Below are positions 47,366 to 62,679 of a stretch of DNA of 64,000 bases, piece by piece. Origin of the DNA: Rhynchobatus australiae (Eukaryota). The stretch lies in contig JAUZTB010000027.1 in assembly GCA_034780895.1 (NCBI GenBank), positions 36,752,976 through 36,816,975 of the forward strand, given 5' to 3'. The first letter of the stretch is position 1. Each line of letters begins with the position of its first letter. The notes below the pieces were generated by a model. That model was not told the DNA's origin and did not search any database. It was given only the letters and a program-made list of their open reading frames with translations. The position numbers and the translations under genes are program-made.

Positions 47366-50339
47366 TTGCCACTGGACTTGGGGGATTTTGCATGGATAGT
47401 ATTGATGACACACCTCCAGGGCTTTGAAGTGCCTGCGCTTAAAAGATTTTGGCACAAGTTTTCATGAACTTCCCCAGCCACTACCTCAGTAAGCAAACTT
47501 AACAAGCAGCACCTCTCTGGCTGGTACTTTTCCCCCATTCTTTCACGGGATGTGGCTATTACTGAAAATGCCAAAATTTATTGTCCATACTTAACTACCC
47601 TTAAACAGAAAAGTGATTTCAGGGTCAACCATGTGTATGGATCTAGAGTCACACATAGACCAGACAGGACAAGGATGATAGATTTCCTTCGCTGAAAGGC
47701 ATTAATGAACTGGATGGGTTATTATCACAATCCAAGTTAATGAGGCTAGCTTTAACTCCAGACTCAATTAATTACATGAACTTAAATTCTCCAAATCCCA
47801 CCACAGCACTTGATTTCCCCTCTGGATCAATGGTCAAGATCTCTGCCTCCTAGTCCAGTAACATTCCTTTACTAGAATGCACCAGACAGGAAGCTAGTGA
47901 CAGCCACACAAACGAGGTAAATCCATCCATGAAACACAAAGGTGGAGAGTGCAGCAATAATGAGTAGCCTCATTTACAGCAACAGTGCAAGACTCACTCT
48001 AATTACCTGAACTAAAGAGAAAACAAAATCCCACAGAGGCAGGGAATGTGACACTGGAAAATAAATCCCAGGAAATTCTCATCAGGTCAGTCAGCAGTGG
48101 TAGGGATGCACAACATCTTGGACACGAATGTTGATTTGAGAGTCAAGACTGATAGTCAAAACTGAAAGTTGAGCGCTAAGTGAACATTTTGGAAAAAATA
48201 AGGTTGAGATGAAGCTAGAAGATTCTGAGGAGTGGCAGTAAAGTCGACTTTAATTATACACGCCATATCCAAAGGCAGCACAAGCTCACAGATTCAAGAC
48301 AACTGACACAACTCACAGAAAGCTGACAGGTTAAGTGTGCCCCTAATTATCAGTCTTTGACTTATGAAAACAAGTAGTTAAACAGGCTTTTTACCTTAAG
48401 CAGTAATGACTCCGATTCCTTCACTGACTTTGAAGAGCAAAATACAAGAAAACTGTAAACTGAAATACAAATTTGGTACCATTATTTTAGAGAATGGAGT
48501 TAAATAGTTCCAGAGTGCTGCCTCCAGAAAATTTTTGTAACTTCTTTAAAATGTAATGCATTCTAGTTAACTGCAATTAACTCCTTTCAACTCCTTCCTG
48601 CCCCCGGTTGGAGCCAGCCCTCCTTTCCTCCTTCAGTCTTTATTCATTGGCATTCCTCTGCCTGCCCCTCCAGTGCACCGTTCCCCCTTTCCCTCAACCA
48701 TCCCAGAGCAGTGACAGCTTCAATGATTGACTCCTCCTTCTATTTTACACACAAATCCACCAAAATGTTGTCCTTGGCTTCTAGTTGCCCTTCATCCCAC
48801 TGGACTGCTGTTGGCTTCCACCTCCCTTTTTACCCTGCTTTTCAAAGCCCTCCACATTACCCTTCAACGTCAGCCTCACCTACTTCTTGCTATGACTGAC
48901 AATAACTGCAGTCATGGGGGACTGTGTGATCCCATGGAGTTCTAGTCCCAGTAAGCAATGATCCAAGTGATTGGTGGGAACAGGGGAGTTTGGTGAGATT
49001 TGGCAGTGATGGAGCTACGTCTAGCCCACTGATGTTCACCCACCAACATTGGAGCAATAGAGGGTGGGAAAGGGGGCACCTGCAACACATCCATTTGGGT
49101 CAGCCAGTGGTAGCCGGCACTAGCAGACTGCTGCACACCCACAGGCTATGGCAGCCTGGTGTCCTGTCTGGCCTCAGGGTTGATTGTACTGATGCATCAC
49201 AAGCAAAGCCAGTGTAATTAGAGGGGAGAGTGCAGTCCTGCAGGTTTGCCTCTTGACAGATATTTTAAACACAGCCTGCCCAAAATACTTCTTCAAGCTG
49301 AAACTAGCCAACTTCACAAATCCAGCCCATGAACAAACAGTCGTTTCAATTACCAGGGGAGGGGCTGCACATGCTTTGAGGAACCAGGACACAGATAAAG
49401 TAGTTTCCTACCTAGAAATGAAGCTTCTAAAATAATTAAATTCATTTAATGTTATTAGATCCAAACTGTGAGCATCTGAGAACTAAACAGCAGAATCAAG
49501 GAACAGCACAGTATAGGAAAACACTGTCTGAATAATACTTTCAGTGAGAGTTAGTTCCATTTTCGGGCTATTACTCTGAATGTTTTTGTGACAAGCATCT
49601 GATAAATTAAGAGAAGTTAGTTCCAAATTTACCTCCAGGATGGGAGGGTAATTCCCTCAATTTTGGCTGGATTGGCAAGGCTTTCCCGTTCAGCATACAC
49701 AGGATGGGAGGCAGGGCACAAGCTGATGCCCATGACCGTCCCACCATTGTGTGAAGCACACAGATGAATTTCGAAGAGAATGCCAGCCAGTAAGGCTCCC
49801 CACCATCAGACAGGACTCATAGCTTCAGCGTCATAAATTCTGTCTGTTCCTGCTGGCAAATCCAACCTGGGGATCTATAAAGTAACTTCTCAGGTCTGTA
49901 GTTGTATTTCAGGCAGGCAACAGCCTGCTTATGCTGCCTGACAGCAATCCAATTTTGTGGGCCAGCAGAGAGCTCAACAAATACAAAGCACAAGGGAGCT
50001 GCTGCATGCTTTGTGAACCATGACTGCCAATGCACAGCATTATAGCCCATGCATTCAGGGCAAGGGGAGAAACATAAACACATACATCTTTTCACTCAAC
50101 AACAGCCCTGAAAACAACACCCAATCTGATCATTTCCTTCAAATGTTCTTTATCAACAAAATACTTTAAAACCTTTCTATTGCTGATTTTCTGTCCTTTC
50201 ACATTTCACCAGAGAAAATGGGACAAGGGAACACGAGGCTACATACAGCTCAAATGACCCCTTTCCTCCCGCCAGGAAGAGGTACAGATGCTCTAGATTA
50301 AGCAGTGAAGTGGGAACGAATTATCCTGTTCTGATACTT

Positions 50340-51000
50340 ATAAGAATATATGAGTGTAAGAAATAGGAACAGGAAAGGCCATGAGGCCCTTCTAGCCTGT
50401 TTCATACAATAAGATTATAACTAAACCAATCTTGGTCTCAGCTCCACATTCCTGCCTGTTCCCCATTATCCTGGACTCTCTTGGGGTCCAGTGGTTTGTC
50501 CATTACTGTCCTGAATTTGTTCAATGAACCACCACCGCCAGCTCTCTACTGTAGAGAATCTACAAGTTTACGACAATGATTCCCGGGATGAGGGACAACA
50601 GTTATTAGGACAGATTATGGAGCCTGGGACTATGTTCCTTGAAGAAAAGACTTAGGGAAGATTTGATATATGAAATGAAGAAGGGTGTGGACAGAGTGGA
50701 TGGCGGCAGGCTGTAGCCTTTGGCGAAGTGGTCGAGGACTGGAGAGTACAGGTCAAAAATAAAGAGGGCAAGAATTAAGAGTGACATGAGGAAGGTCTTT
50801 TCTTTTATGCAGCACATGGTTGGAATCTGGAATGCATGGCATACAGATGTGATGGGGCAGGTTCCACTGTGGCCTTAGGTTGGGAATGGGATAAATATAT
50901 GGCAGAGAAAGGGCAAGTGGATGGAACTAGAGAGTTGCTATCGTAGACAGTCAGCACAGACACATGGGGCCAAATGGTCTCCTTCTGTGCTGGAACCTCT
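50340..51000. mobile_element. Two abutting CR1 3' fragments (50340-50575 minus, 50578-51000 plus)
   Basis: An antisense tail aagaaataggaacagg...cccttctagcc is followed by sense gagcctgggactatgttccttgaagaaaagacttaggg...ggggccaaatggtctccttctgtgctg. Confidence 0.7.
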
Positions 51001-52319
51001 CTCCGAGTCAATAGTCATTGTTACATTTGACAACAATGAGCTCAAGCTCTGCACCTAAGTCATTAACATGGACGGTAAATCATTGATGCCCCAGAAGTGA
51101 CTCCTGTGGCAACTCACTACTCATCAACTCGAAAATTTACCTTGACTTTGTTTTCAGGTAATTATCCTCTACACATGCTTATATATTGCCACTAATTCCA
51201 TGGGTTCTTACTTTATGCTGTGCTTTTTGTGGCACCTAATCAAATGCCTTCTGGAAATCCAAATATACACATACATACATACACACGAACACACACACAC
51301 ATAAAAATATCTGATGGTTCCATCCTGCACATTTACATCCTCAGAGTACTCTAATAAATTTGACAAACACACTTCCATTTCATAAAACCATGTTGATGGT
51401 ATTACAGTTTCTAACGATCTTGCTACTACTTTGTGAAAAGTGGATATAATGAGTAAATATATAGACTGACATAAAAAGGGGATTACAGTTAGTATTGATT
51501 TGTTGTTTTCAGCTTTTGACAGAATAAGCAAAGTATATTTTTTAAGAAGTAAATGATATATTAAAGCTTATTGAAAATACAGAATAATTTGCAAGAATAT
51601 CATTCTGCAGAGGTTCCGTGCTTTATGATGCTTTAGTGGTATTAGTCCTGGGGATTTCATTTCAGTTCTGTACATCACATCGTACAATATACATAAGTGG
51701 TGTGGGAGGATGTAGAGGAAAGAACCACAAGATTAGAGGAACTCAAGCTGTCAGCTCTAGGCAATATTAAAGGGTGACATCATTTGGGTACATTACATTT
51801 GAAGTGATTTGTAAAAGGTAAATATTGGAAAAGATAAGCGATAAATGAAATGAGGAAAAAAAATATTTAAAACAGATATTGCATGAAAGTGCCTTTGCTC
51901 AATGGGTGATCAGTTTTGGAATAATACTTGGCTTCTGCATCACTGCCATAGAAAATACATGCTTGTTCTACTAATGTTGAAAATACCTCAATAAACCACG
52001 TATAAATGAGTTGCAAATACTCTAGATATGCTTCATGGGTGAGGTCTGAACCAAGCTTAACAGTTCCCACAGTCAAACAGTCCACTGTTGTATATCTATT
52101 CTTATAATACATAACTGAGGCTTGATCCAACTGGAGCTGAATGCCACTAAAGACTATTTCTTTCGGGATATAAATAAAAATACACTGGCTAATGAATGAG
52201 TAGAAAATGCCATACTCACTTTGTACTATTAATTATTACAAACATATGATGTACATTTCTCCTCAGGCAAAGTTAAATCACTGAAATGCACTCCTGAAAG
52301 TGAAGAGCGAAATCCAAAT

Positions 52320-52530
52320 ATAGAACCACAGGACACTACAGCACAGAAAACAGGCCAATCGGCCCTTCTAGTCTGTGCCGAAACTTTATTCCGCTAGTCC
52401 CATTGACCTGCACTTGGTCCATAACCCTCCAGACCTCTCCCCTCCATATATCTCTCCACTTTATTCTTAAGAGTGAGCCCGCATTTACCACGTCAGACTC
52501 CCACCACTCTCTGATGTTCCCCCTATCTGA
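52320..52530 (-). mobile_element. CR1 3' end fragment
   Basis: actacagcacagaaaacaggcc...ggcccttctagtctgtgccg...tcccattgacctgcacttggtccata. Confidence 0.75.
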
Positions 52531-55500
52531 AAATTGCTTCCAGGAATCAACCATAGAAAATTGAATATAGCAAAGAGCGAGTTCACAGTATTGACAGGTG
52601 ATACCAGATTTAAACAAGCAGTAACAGAGGAAGACATGAACAGCACATCCACAACCTTTCAAAACTGAGGGTGAGTTGCTTTTTCCATGTTCAGTTTCAG
52701 TCTTTATCTTTTAGTGGGTCACTGGACTGTATAACCACACTCACAATATTCCCATTCATTGGATATTTCCATTAAGTAGAAGCATCCCATGATTAAATAG
52801 GAATCTGCTTTGTAAATAACCATACTTGACAATGTTAATTAAATCATTAAAGAGGTTCTGACGTGAGATTTTACTAAAGGCAGGATGAGTGATTAAATCA
52901 ATGAACAGGTCTTTAGCATTTGCAATGTCTCACTGCATAACTGGATCAATGCAACTCAGCAGCAAGGAGAGGATGAGACTCTGCACTGATAACTCCAGCA
53001 GTGATCCTAGGGCTCCGAGTAAAGGAGTGGAAAGGTATAATTTTCAGGAGTGAATGGGATGAAATTCTGAATGAGCTCCTGTTACTGGAGTGGAACCACA
53101 GGCACCAGCAGAAATTCCACCCATCACTTGATCAGAAAGTCATGACCAGAGCATGCAAAAAGATGTAGCATCGGTGGGCAAGTAGATACTTCTTGTGAAA
53201 TTACTCCCAGATTTCAAGGTAAAATCAGTTTGCTTTTGTTACCATCTTAGTTTAATGATCCCCCCTTCACCACACAGATGGCTACGCATTCTGGGGTAGA
53301 GTGCTTTAGAATCTACTCCAGAGTTTCACCCTGTTGTATGAAGAGAACTAAACACAGTTCCGGATGGAAAAGGAAAGCCATAATAGTTGGGGAGCACCAG
53401 TCCCTGAGCTTGGACAAGGTAGACTGTAGACAGTGGCTATGGTTCAGAGCAGCAGGCAGACTGAAGGCCAGCAGAGCTGGGGAGAGAAGGAGGCTCATAG
53501 AAGGAGCATCTGCATATGGAGAGAAAGATGGGTGTTACAGGATGGGTGAATGCACTGTGTGTCTATAACTATTTAAAGGGAAATTTTTCAAGTTTACTGT
53601 CATGGGGATAATATATACCCAGGGTATAAATGGCATGAAAATTAGCCTTTTCCAGCAGCAGCAGCACTGTACGTTATCTCCTGAGAGAACAAATAAAAGG
53701 TTTGCTTATGCAATTATGAAGAGAAAGAAAATGCAAGGAGAGCTTGGGTGCATTTTAAGACAGTTCTTTCTGGGAAAGAATCTGCAACATCCCATTGTTC
53801 AGAGCAACATCTTTAGTTCAAGTTACTTTATTGTCATTCATCCATGCTATAAAAACACATGGCGGAACAGAGTGTCGTTTCCCCCAGACTCACACAACAG
53901 AGGACATACATAGAACAGAGGAAATTCATATACACCTGAGGTACAGACCAAACCATATCTGCTGAAGATGTTACAATGTGATTTGAAGGGCCTTCAGGCA
54001 AGATCCTCACTTCATTGCAAGTAATGTTATACTCCAGAATCATTACACACAAAAGGCCTATCAAATTCACACCAGCTCTGTGCAGAGTAACCCTGTCAAT
54101 CCCCTATGGTTGTGCAAATTACTCTCCCTCAAATGCCAATTCAATTTCCACCTGAAAGCCCTGATTGACTCCATTTGCACCACTCTTACACACAGTAAGT
54201 TGCAAATCATAACCACTCTGCATAAAAAATAGCCCAACACCATTAACTTGTATCTATATAGTGTATTACAGTGGCAGAATCTCCCAAGCCATTTTTAGAG
54301 AATTCACAAATAAAATTTGAAAGAGCCACATCAACTAGCATTGGGAAAGTTAAGTGCTTTGTTTTACGGAGAAAGTTAAAGGCAGGAAAGGGAGATGTAG
54401 GGAAGTAATTCCAGGTCTTGTGGCCTGGGCACTTGAAGGTAGCTCACATACAGAGAGAAATGGTCAGGTCTAATTCAACAGTCCCCAGCAGATTTGTCCG
54501 ACATCTGGAACAGATGGCACAGCAGTACAGGAGTGGCACACAAGCCAGCGTGATATGAAACAACAATAAGCAGGCATCTGCCATAATATCAGCAAAGTGA
54601 CTGCCACTAAATTATGGACAGAAGGGCAAGAAATATTGGCTAGACCACAGGGATGACTCGTGCAATGTGGAATTCCTCAAGAAATAGCAGAAATGCCTCA
54701 GGAAATCACATTCATCTTTTTAAAAATAATTTTGACTAACTCTTTTACAGCACAGAGGAATGAAGCCTCCAACTTGACAACAAGCCAGAGAATGAAACCA
54801 AATTTTCCTCCAATCTCCTCATCCTACTACACAATTGCCTGGATAAAGTGGAGCATTATATTTCATTTTACACCAAACAATACAGACATCCTTCAGAGTT
54901 TATTCAGAATCAGATGTTAATGAAGATGGATTCTTTACCTAGTCCTCGGTTTTAAATTTCATACTTATGATCAATTTGCCTTTTCTTAAAATGTCTGGTT
55001 CATTTCTTCCGTTTATGAGAGGGGAGCATTACCAACCTCTGAAGAACAAGCTGCAGGCTTGGGAAGCATATTTCAGCCACATAGCTTTAGAGAGATTCTG
55101 AGGAAGATCAAATGAAGGAAAACAAAAAATTAGATATGGGGCTGCTGTTAACAGCAGGACCAGTAAATGCCTGGAACAAGGCCATCTGCCTAACACCTCC
55201 GATTCCCCACCTGACCTCCTCCTCGACGTATGGAAGGTAGAAAAGGACTCTTATACCTTTCTGAAAGGGGGAATGCATCTAACTCGCACTCTGTAGCTCA
55301 CCATTTGCAAATATACATACTTATACAGACTGTAACCTGCTGAATTAAAAACCTTCACTTTCATGTATCAAACAAGAATAGTCATGTTCTGAAATGAATG
55401 GAGTCTTCAATCCGAAGCCAGGTCTTACTGGTAAAGCATTCCATGCNNNNNNNNNNTGTACAAGATATGACACAGTCAAAGCATTATTCTTACATTTAAA

Positions 55501-56109
55501 ACCCAGTTTATGTTCTTTCCTTTGTGGTTTGCTGCAGAAATTACTTTTAGATTTGAAGCACAGTACAGCAGGGGTTGAAGGGTTCAGGAAGGGGTTGTAT
55601 CCTATCAACTCCCACAATGCCAGCAATTGCCATTCCCATTAAAAAGTGGCTCTTCTCCATGTGGGAGCCCAAACACAGAGGTCTTTTCATCTCAGGGAGA
55701 AGAACCATTTTAAAATGAGAAGTGAGGGGAGGAGATTGTGAAATGTGAAGTGTCAGGAGCCAATACTTCACTTGTATCTTCACATAGTATGGAATAGGAT
55801 GAAGGAATGACAGAGTTGACCAGTTTTGAGATCCTGGTTAATGCCAACCAATTGAACAAAGGTCCTTCAAGATTTTAAGCCCAATTTGACAAACTAGATT
55901 TGTTTGCTTCATACCATCTTCCTACAATTTTGAATCGGATGTTATGATTCAATTACATACACTATTCAACACCTTTTGGTAATAAATCCCAGACAGAACC
56001 ATGTAGCAGTGGAACTCCTTCATGTCAGTGAGCTGGTCTCACATCATTAGCTCACATTATGCATGCACATAACTGCTTTCGTGATAAAAGATAAATAATG
56101 AGGAAGATT

Positions 56110-56435
56110 CCCTCTTGGTGAGAAACCTTTTCCCTTAGCGGAGTTGTCTCTAACTAGAGGGCATAAGTTGAAGTAAGGAAATTTAGTAAGTGGTAGGAAA
56201 TTTAGAGGTGACTTGAAGAAGAATTTTTTTTTACCGAGGTTGGTTAAAATCTGGAACACACAGTCTGAGGAGTGGTTAAGGCAGGTACTCTCACAACATT
56301 TAATTAGTATTTAGATGAGCATTTGAAACACCATGGCATTGAAGCCTACGGGTTGAGCGATGGAAGATAGGTACTTGATGAGTGGCATGACATGGTGGGC
56401 CAAAGGGCCTGTTTCTGTGCTGTCTGACTCTATAA
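56110..56435 (+). mobile_element. CR1 3' end fragment
   Basis: actagagggcataag...tttagaggtgacttgaagaag...gggccaaagggcctgtttctgtgctgt. Confidence 0.85.
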
Positions 56436-59384
56436 TGGAGAGAATCGGAGATAGTTTCACAAAGATAGGTTCCTATATAGTACATTCTAAATAGTCGGCT
56501 TCAACGAATTAAAGAGAAAGGAAGCCAGTCACCCTTTAGCTATATTATGACATAACCACAAAGAAGGTTTGAGGCAAGGGGCTACAAATTTAATGCTATA
56601 TTATTGATGAGTCAAACAGAACATTTTATCAAGCGACAGAGTATTACAATAATATCATTATCACGTCGACACAAAAGCTCCAACCTAGAGGCTCCAAAAG
56701 GATAAATCTTTGGCTGCAATCAGCAGGATACCAGTTAATCGCTGTAAACCACAGTTCTGTAACCAAACCGAAAGTCACTTTGACCGGACAGTTGCTGCTT
56801 GGTACCAAGGACACCCAGTGGGAGAGGTGAATGCTGTGGCATCGTCCCCCAGAGATTCTACTGCCTGGTGGTTGGATACATCCATCACGTGAGCTCATCT
56901 GAAGGACCTGCTGACTGTGTGAGCTCCATGCCAAGGCCAAGCCCAACATTCTGCTTGTGATACAAAGCACCTCCAGTGACTTTTACATAACGTTTTCAGG
57001 CAAACTTTTTTTTTGTTCAACCCATGATTAGTAGTGAAGGGATTCTTGTTGCAAGCTGGCTCCTAATGTCACCATCTCACAGTGTATATCAGAGGCTTCC
57101 TGCTGTGTTCTTACACTGGCCATGACAAGGAATAAATTATAACCATAACAATCAATCAAATTTGTCAAGTTGGAATTATCAAACTAAAAATAAATGAAAA
57201 AAGTCAGAAAGGCTTCCTGATTGATTGGTAACTCATGCAATGAGTAAAAAGCATACATCTTCTCAAACCCAAAAATCAAATCCCGGGTCTGACATACGAT
57301 CCCTGGCAATGTGATAGAAAGGTCCATTTCCACATAATATTTAGTCTTGAGTGACTTCCTCCATAAGCCTCTTCAATCCCAAGGAAAACACAATCCATGA
57401 TAAAGCAGGCTACGGTTTAGTTGCTATGGACACAGAATCAAATGCATATAGAATCACACGGTTTTTATATTAGGTTTCATATCCTGCTGCAGCAACACAG
57501 GAAAGTGGCAAAATTGATTTCTTTTTGTTTAATAATAAAGAGCATGAAAGCAGATTAAAATTAGAAATGCCTTTGATTGACAACTTTTTGTTAGGCAACT
57601 GTATTAAAGGTTATAGAACCACAGCAGGAGAATTAATTTGAGACGTGGGTCAGCCAGGAAGTAAATGAATAGTGGGATAGGTTCAAGGGGCTCAATGGCC
57701 TGCTCCTGTCTCTACGTTACAGGCTAAGATTCTGCTTTATAGTTCAGTGTATTTACCCGGCAAATGGTTGAGGCACACACCTCAGGAAGGTGAATTCACA
57801 CTGGATTAGCTCATCCCACCTGCTTGGAAGGCTGCTCTAGGAAGGACCATTCAAGATTTCTGTCCCTAGTCACTAACAAAGAACACAGAAAAGAGAAACA
57901 TATGAGAAAATACAGCTAGTTTCCTCCGATTCTTGACAGCTTGAATGAATGGTGAACCAGCAACTTGGGTAAAGTATGCCTCTTCTCTCCAAATCTGTCC
58001 CTTCGGTTGTCACCCTTCTTTCCTGAAGCCCACAGGAGGTAGTCCACATCCATGGGCAGCAGAATTTTCCAATGACTTTCCTAAGTGTTCACTCTACATT
58101 ATAATAATCGGCATGCAACACCACTGCAGGAGACTCATATTTCTGCTCCCACTCAATGTCCATTGATTCTTTCCAGGAGAGATCCTTTCACTTTTTTTTA
58201 ATTCCACTTACACATGCTCACACTAACTCGGATCCCAGGCATAAATCAGTGACTTAATTTTGAAAAAGGAAGCTTTTTTCCCCCCATTTAAAGGATGACC
58301 CCAAAACAAAGTGAACGTCTGCATTCTCAAGGAATGCAGTGGAATGGAGAGTGTCCGATCAGTTCAGCCATCAACTATACCTTCCAAAGAAGATTTCCGG
58401 AGCATCCTACCACAAACCCACAACCAAAGTATCTGTGGTGCTGTGCCAATAGCAGTTTAACATCCAATGAACCAAGTACTGCATCATGCAGGGAAGTCTA
58501 TCCCTGTAGAACCCCTTCCAGTCTCTGGAGCCACTGATCTACAAGTCCCATCTGTAAAGGTCATGCAAGCAAAGTCAATTCAGGCTTCTAGAAGGAACCT
58601 GGATAGGCAGGTTTATGAGAATTTGGGGATTGGACTGAGTTGATTGTATTTCATGGGGTATCATGGATTGAATGGTTTCCTTCTGTGCCATAACATTCAA
58701 TGCAACCTCTGCTCTTCAGATTTCTCTGTGGGAGAAGTCACCTGTCTGCAAAGTGCTACTTAAGGAGATTGGGTGACTTCCTACAGTGCAATCTGTAGAT
58801 CATGGTCCTCTAAATAAAGGGTGTACCATATTTTTCACTAAAGCATTTCCCATTTTATTTCACAACAAGCAGCTAATATGTTTAATCTGGAAGAAATAAA
58901 CATAGAGCCCTTTAATTTAACTGAAGCATCTGCCAAGCAGAAATGGATTTGCCTCTTTTGATTTACAAATGAAAATTCTCCCTAATGATAGGAAGCAGAA
59001 GTCTTCAGTTTAAACACAGGTAACTACTCTAGAGCCTGAAAATTTTAAGAATGTCTTCCACACACTAAAAACAGCAGCTCTTGCTTCCAAGACATAGAAC
59101 AAGATTACTTCACACAACTCAATCCTTGAAACTATTGTTTGTGTCACATCAGTTCTCGGGTAACCAAACAATGAAAGTTCCAATGGATTCATTACATAAA
59201 CTAATTCTACTAAATGCTCAGTTTTCCCGATCTGTAGGACTCCCTTGCTACAACCAGTGAGATTTCCAGACCATTCCCCTGCGTAGTGCTGTTGTCCCCT
59301 ATGTAAGATGGTGATTGGCTTCTGATAATCTCCCATCAGCATGGCACCATGGATATCTGTACTGACTAAATACACAAAATGAGT

Positions 59385-59800
59385 TGATGCCTTGTGGAAC
59401 TCTTACAAAATTATCCTACTCAACACCTTCCAGGACAAGGCAGCTCTCTTCATTGGCACCCCAAACATTCATCCCCACCACAACAGCAGCAGTGTGCACC
59501 ATCCACAAAATGCACTGAGGTTACTCGCCCAGGCTACTCCAACCTTCCAAACTCTCCACCACCACGGAAACACCATGCATTTCCAGTTCTCGTCATTGGT
59601 GGCAGGCTCCCTTCAAAGTCGCACACAATCCTGACGTGGATAAGTCCCACCAGTCCTTCACTGTCATGAGTCATGATTGAACTCCCTGCCTAAGACCACT
59701 GTGGGGAGTACCCTCACCAGAAAGACAGCAGTAGTTCAGGAAGGCAGCTCATCCATCACCTGCTGGCCTTGCCAATGACACCCAGATCACTCGGATAACT
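59385..59800 (+). mobile_element. Old L2/CR1-group LINE 3' end
   Basis: ccaggacaaggcagc...cagcagtgtgcaccatccacaaaatgcactg...ttcaggaaggcagctcatc...gctggccttgccaatgacacccagat. Confidence 0.65.
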
Positions 59801-60194
59801 TAAAAACAACTCAATTTGGTTTTGAGTTATAGGGATCTGGCCCTCAGTGGGACAGTGCAGCACAAATAAAGAATCATCAGAAATGTAGTTATGAAATGAA
59901 AAGCAAACTTCAAAATGTTAAAATAACGTAATATCAGAACAAAAAAAGCTTAAAGAGCTATAACCAGATTATTACTCTTCAAAAAAATCTCAGTTCCTGT
60001 TCATTGTAGCATTATGACATTATAATATTAACATCTTTAATGTTATAACTTTATAATTTGAGCTGTTGAGCGATTAAAAATTTTAATGCAATTAAAGATT
60101 GTAAAATTGTGAGTTAACTGTGGTTTTAATTGCACTGTAAAACATCATGAAATATCAATACTTCTGAATAGTCCAAAGGTAAAACACAGTCTTT

Positions 60195-60435
60195 GAGAGG
60201 AAGGGGGAGGCAGAGTGGGGGATAGAGAATGGGGAGTGGGGAGTTAGAGGAGGAAGAGGGGAATGGGGAGGTAGAAAGAGGGAGAATGGGGAGCAGAGAG
60301 AGCTGCAATGGGGAGTTGAAAAAGAGGGAAGAAGAGGTAAGAGATAATTCAGGAGTAGAAGGGGCAGTAGAGGGGGTATATAGAGTGTTGGAGCCCCTCC
60401 TCTCTCCATCTTCCTCCTCTTTCTCTCCTCTCCCC

Positions 60436-60468
<33 letters not shown>

Positions 60469-60470
60469 GT
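60195..60470. repeat. Purine-rich tract followed by a pyrimidine/(CT)n tract
   Basis: GA-rich 60195-60375 followed by CT-rich 60395-60465 ending in (CT)n. Confidence 0.85.
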
Positions 60471-61509
60471 CTTCCTATTTCCCAGTAGGAGTTGGAGCTG
60501 AGGCCTAATACCTGCATATTTGGATACTGTTGGGTCAGGTTTAGTATGTATGGCAGGGAAAGCTGGGGCTGCACCCCAGAGCAACTCCATGTGATTTATA
60601 TCTTTTACCGTAAGACTGCAAAGCTCAAAAAACCCATGAGAAAAACAAAGTCTTCCTGTCCAGTCAGAACAATTTACAGACCAGATATTTCTGATATTCG
60701 TAAGTGCCAGATGTATCACAGTTTATAATACTTGACTATGGTGGATTACTAGTTTTGAACTCTACCATCTGTGTGTAATACTGCGTTGTTACTGGCCATG
60801 CTGAAGGCCCAGGGCTCTGCAAGAGGTTTTTTTTCAGCTCCGCATTCTTCATGGTCATTACCAATATTAATGCTGAGATGCTTGTGTAAGCACAACATTT
60901 TTGTGGTCAATTGAACCACGGTGGGTTTGCCTTTGGTTACAGCACAGAATATGCCAAATCAGACAGATGTTGGGAACTGAGAAGGAGGCGTGTAACTGGA
61001 TACAAAGAAGTCCCAGAGGAGCTTTGTGGATTCTTAACAGAAAATTTGAAACAAAGTACCATGTTCAACAAAACATGGTGACTAAATGTTTGCCTCCCAC
61101 ATCTTGACTACCGCATACTATATTCAGAATTTTCTTCCTGCGCCAGTCCCCCCTCCCCATAAACATTTCCTCCTACAGTGCCATGGTTGGATCAGTGATG
61201 ATGATACTAGGCCCAGTGCTGTCGCACCTTGCAACTCACATGAATGCTATCAACATTTCACATTTTTTTAATCTGTGAGAATGTGCAGCTGGATTCTGCC
61301 TCACTGTATTTTGTAGGAATGAAATAATAATGGAATTGGTGTATCGGAATTGGAATAGACCTTATGGATGGGTTAATAAATGAATATGGTCAGCTTTAAA
61401 TCCAAATTATGAATTAATGCTTCTTTGTTCAATCCATCATTGAATTTTGTTTGTGTAATTTCATCTATTTCTCAACATCAATCTTGCCTTACTGAATTGC
61501 ACTCTCACC

Positions 61510-61840
61510 TGTGGATTTAAACCCAAGCCCAGAGGCTCGATCACATAACCTAGACCAGCACTTCAGCAGATCCCCTGAGGAATTGCTACAGTTTCAAGTG
61601 AGATGTTAGATCAAGTTCCTCCCTGCCCTCACAAGTGGATACAAAACATTGTGCGACAACATTTGAAGATCATGCAAGACCCTTTCTTATCCTGACATCA
61701 GTTACATGGTATTTGAATTCACGACTGTTTATGGGACCTTGCTGTGTGAAATAATGCCTGCCCCCCTACATTACATCAAATGCACTTCAATTCTCCCCAT
61801 AAAGCTTTCTGGGACATCCTGAAATCATGATAGGCACTGG
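61510..61840 (+). mobile_element. Deu-domain SINE remnant
   Basis: gagatgttagatcaag...tgccctcacaagtggatac...gggaccttgctgtgtg...taaagctttctgggacatcctgaaatcatgataggcact. Confidence 0.6.
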
Positions 61841-62679
61841 TTCTTTTTCTTTTCTCCCCCCCTCCCCCCAAAATTGTTTGAGGGGCCTTGATTTTAAAAA
61901 ATTCCAAACCACTATAAGGATCTAAATCCAGATTATTTTGTGTGCTCCTCCCCAGCATCTCAGATGGAATTGTGTACTATTTCCTTAAATATTTAGTCTA
62001 AGGAAGAGTCTACATGCAGTGAATCTGTTAGACAATGGATGTCTTTATGTATATTCATTATTAACCCAGAACAAATGCCGCCTCAAAACAACAGCTGGCT
62101 TCCCCTCATTGTCACTGAATTTTATAATTGCAACATTGCATTTTGACTTGTCCGTTGATCTCCGTGGTCCTGGTGAAACAGTGCATTCCAGATGGAATTC
62201 CATGCCAGCTCCCAAGCTGACCAGAAGAGGTTCAGGTTTCATTAACTTTCATGCTCGAAACATTCCACACACATTGCTCATTCTACAAAAAAAGGTTTTG
62301 GCGTTTAGAACCACANNNNNNNNNNNNNNNNNNNNNNNNNNNNNNNNNNCCCTGTAGAGCTTTGCAAATGTGCCCTCATCTCTCTTCTCTCCTGGAGGCT
62401 ATGCAGTATCTTCCTATTCAAACATTACTAAGGTATTGAATTCGTGTCCTCTACCCTTTCAGGCAAGGTATTCAAAACAATAAGATCTAAGCGGATTTCA
62501 GTTTTGGTCATTTTCCATCAGTTTTGGTACTGGGACAATCGAATGACAAAACTAAGAAAGGTGCAATAGCTGCCTAATCACTGCACACTGCATTGCATCC
62601 CCAGCCAATTGCTGGGCTTTGGGCAAGGTACTAAACTAAAATGAACATTTTTGGAGTGTATGGAAAGGACTCCCACATA

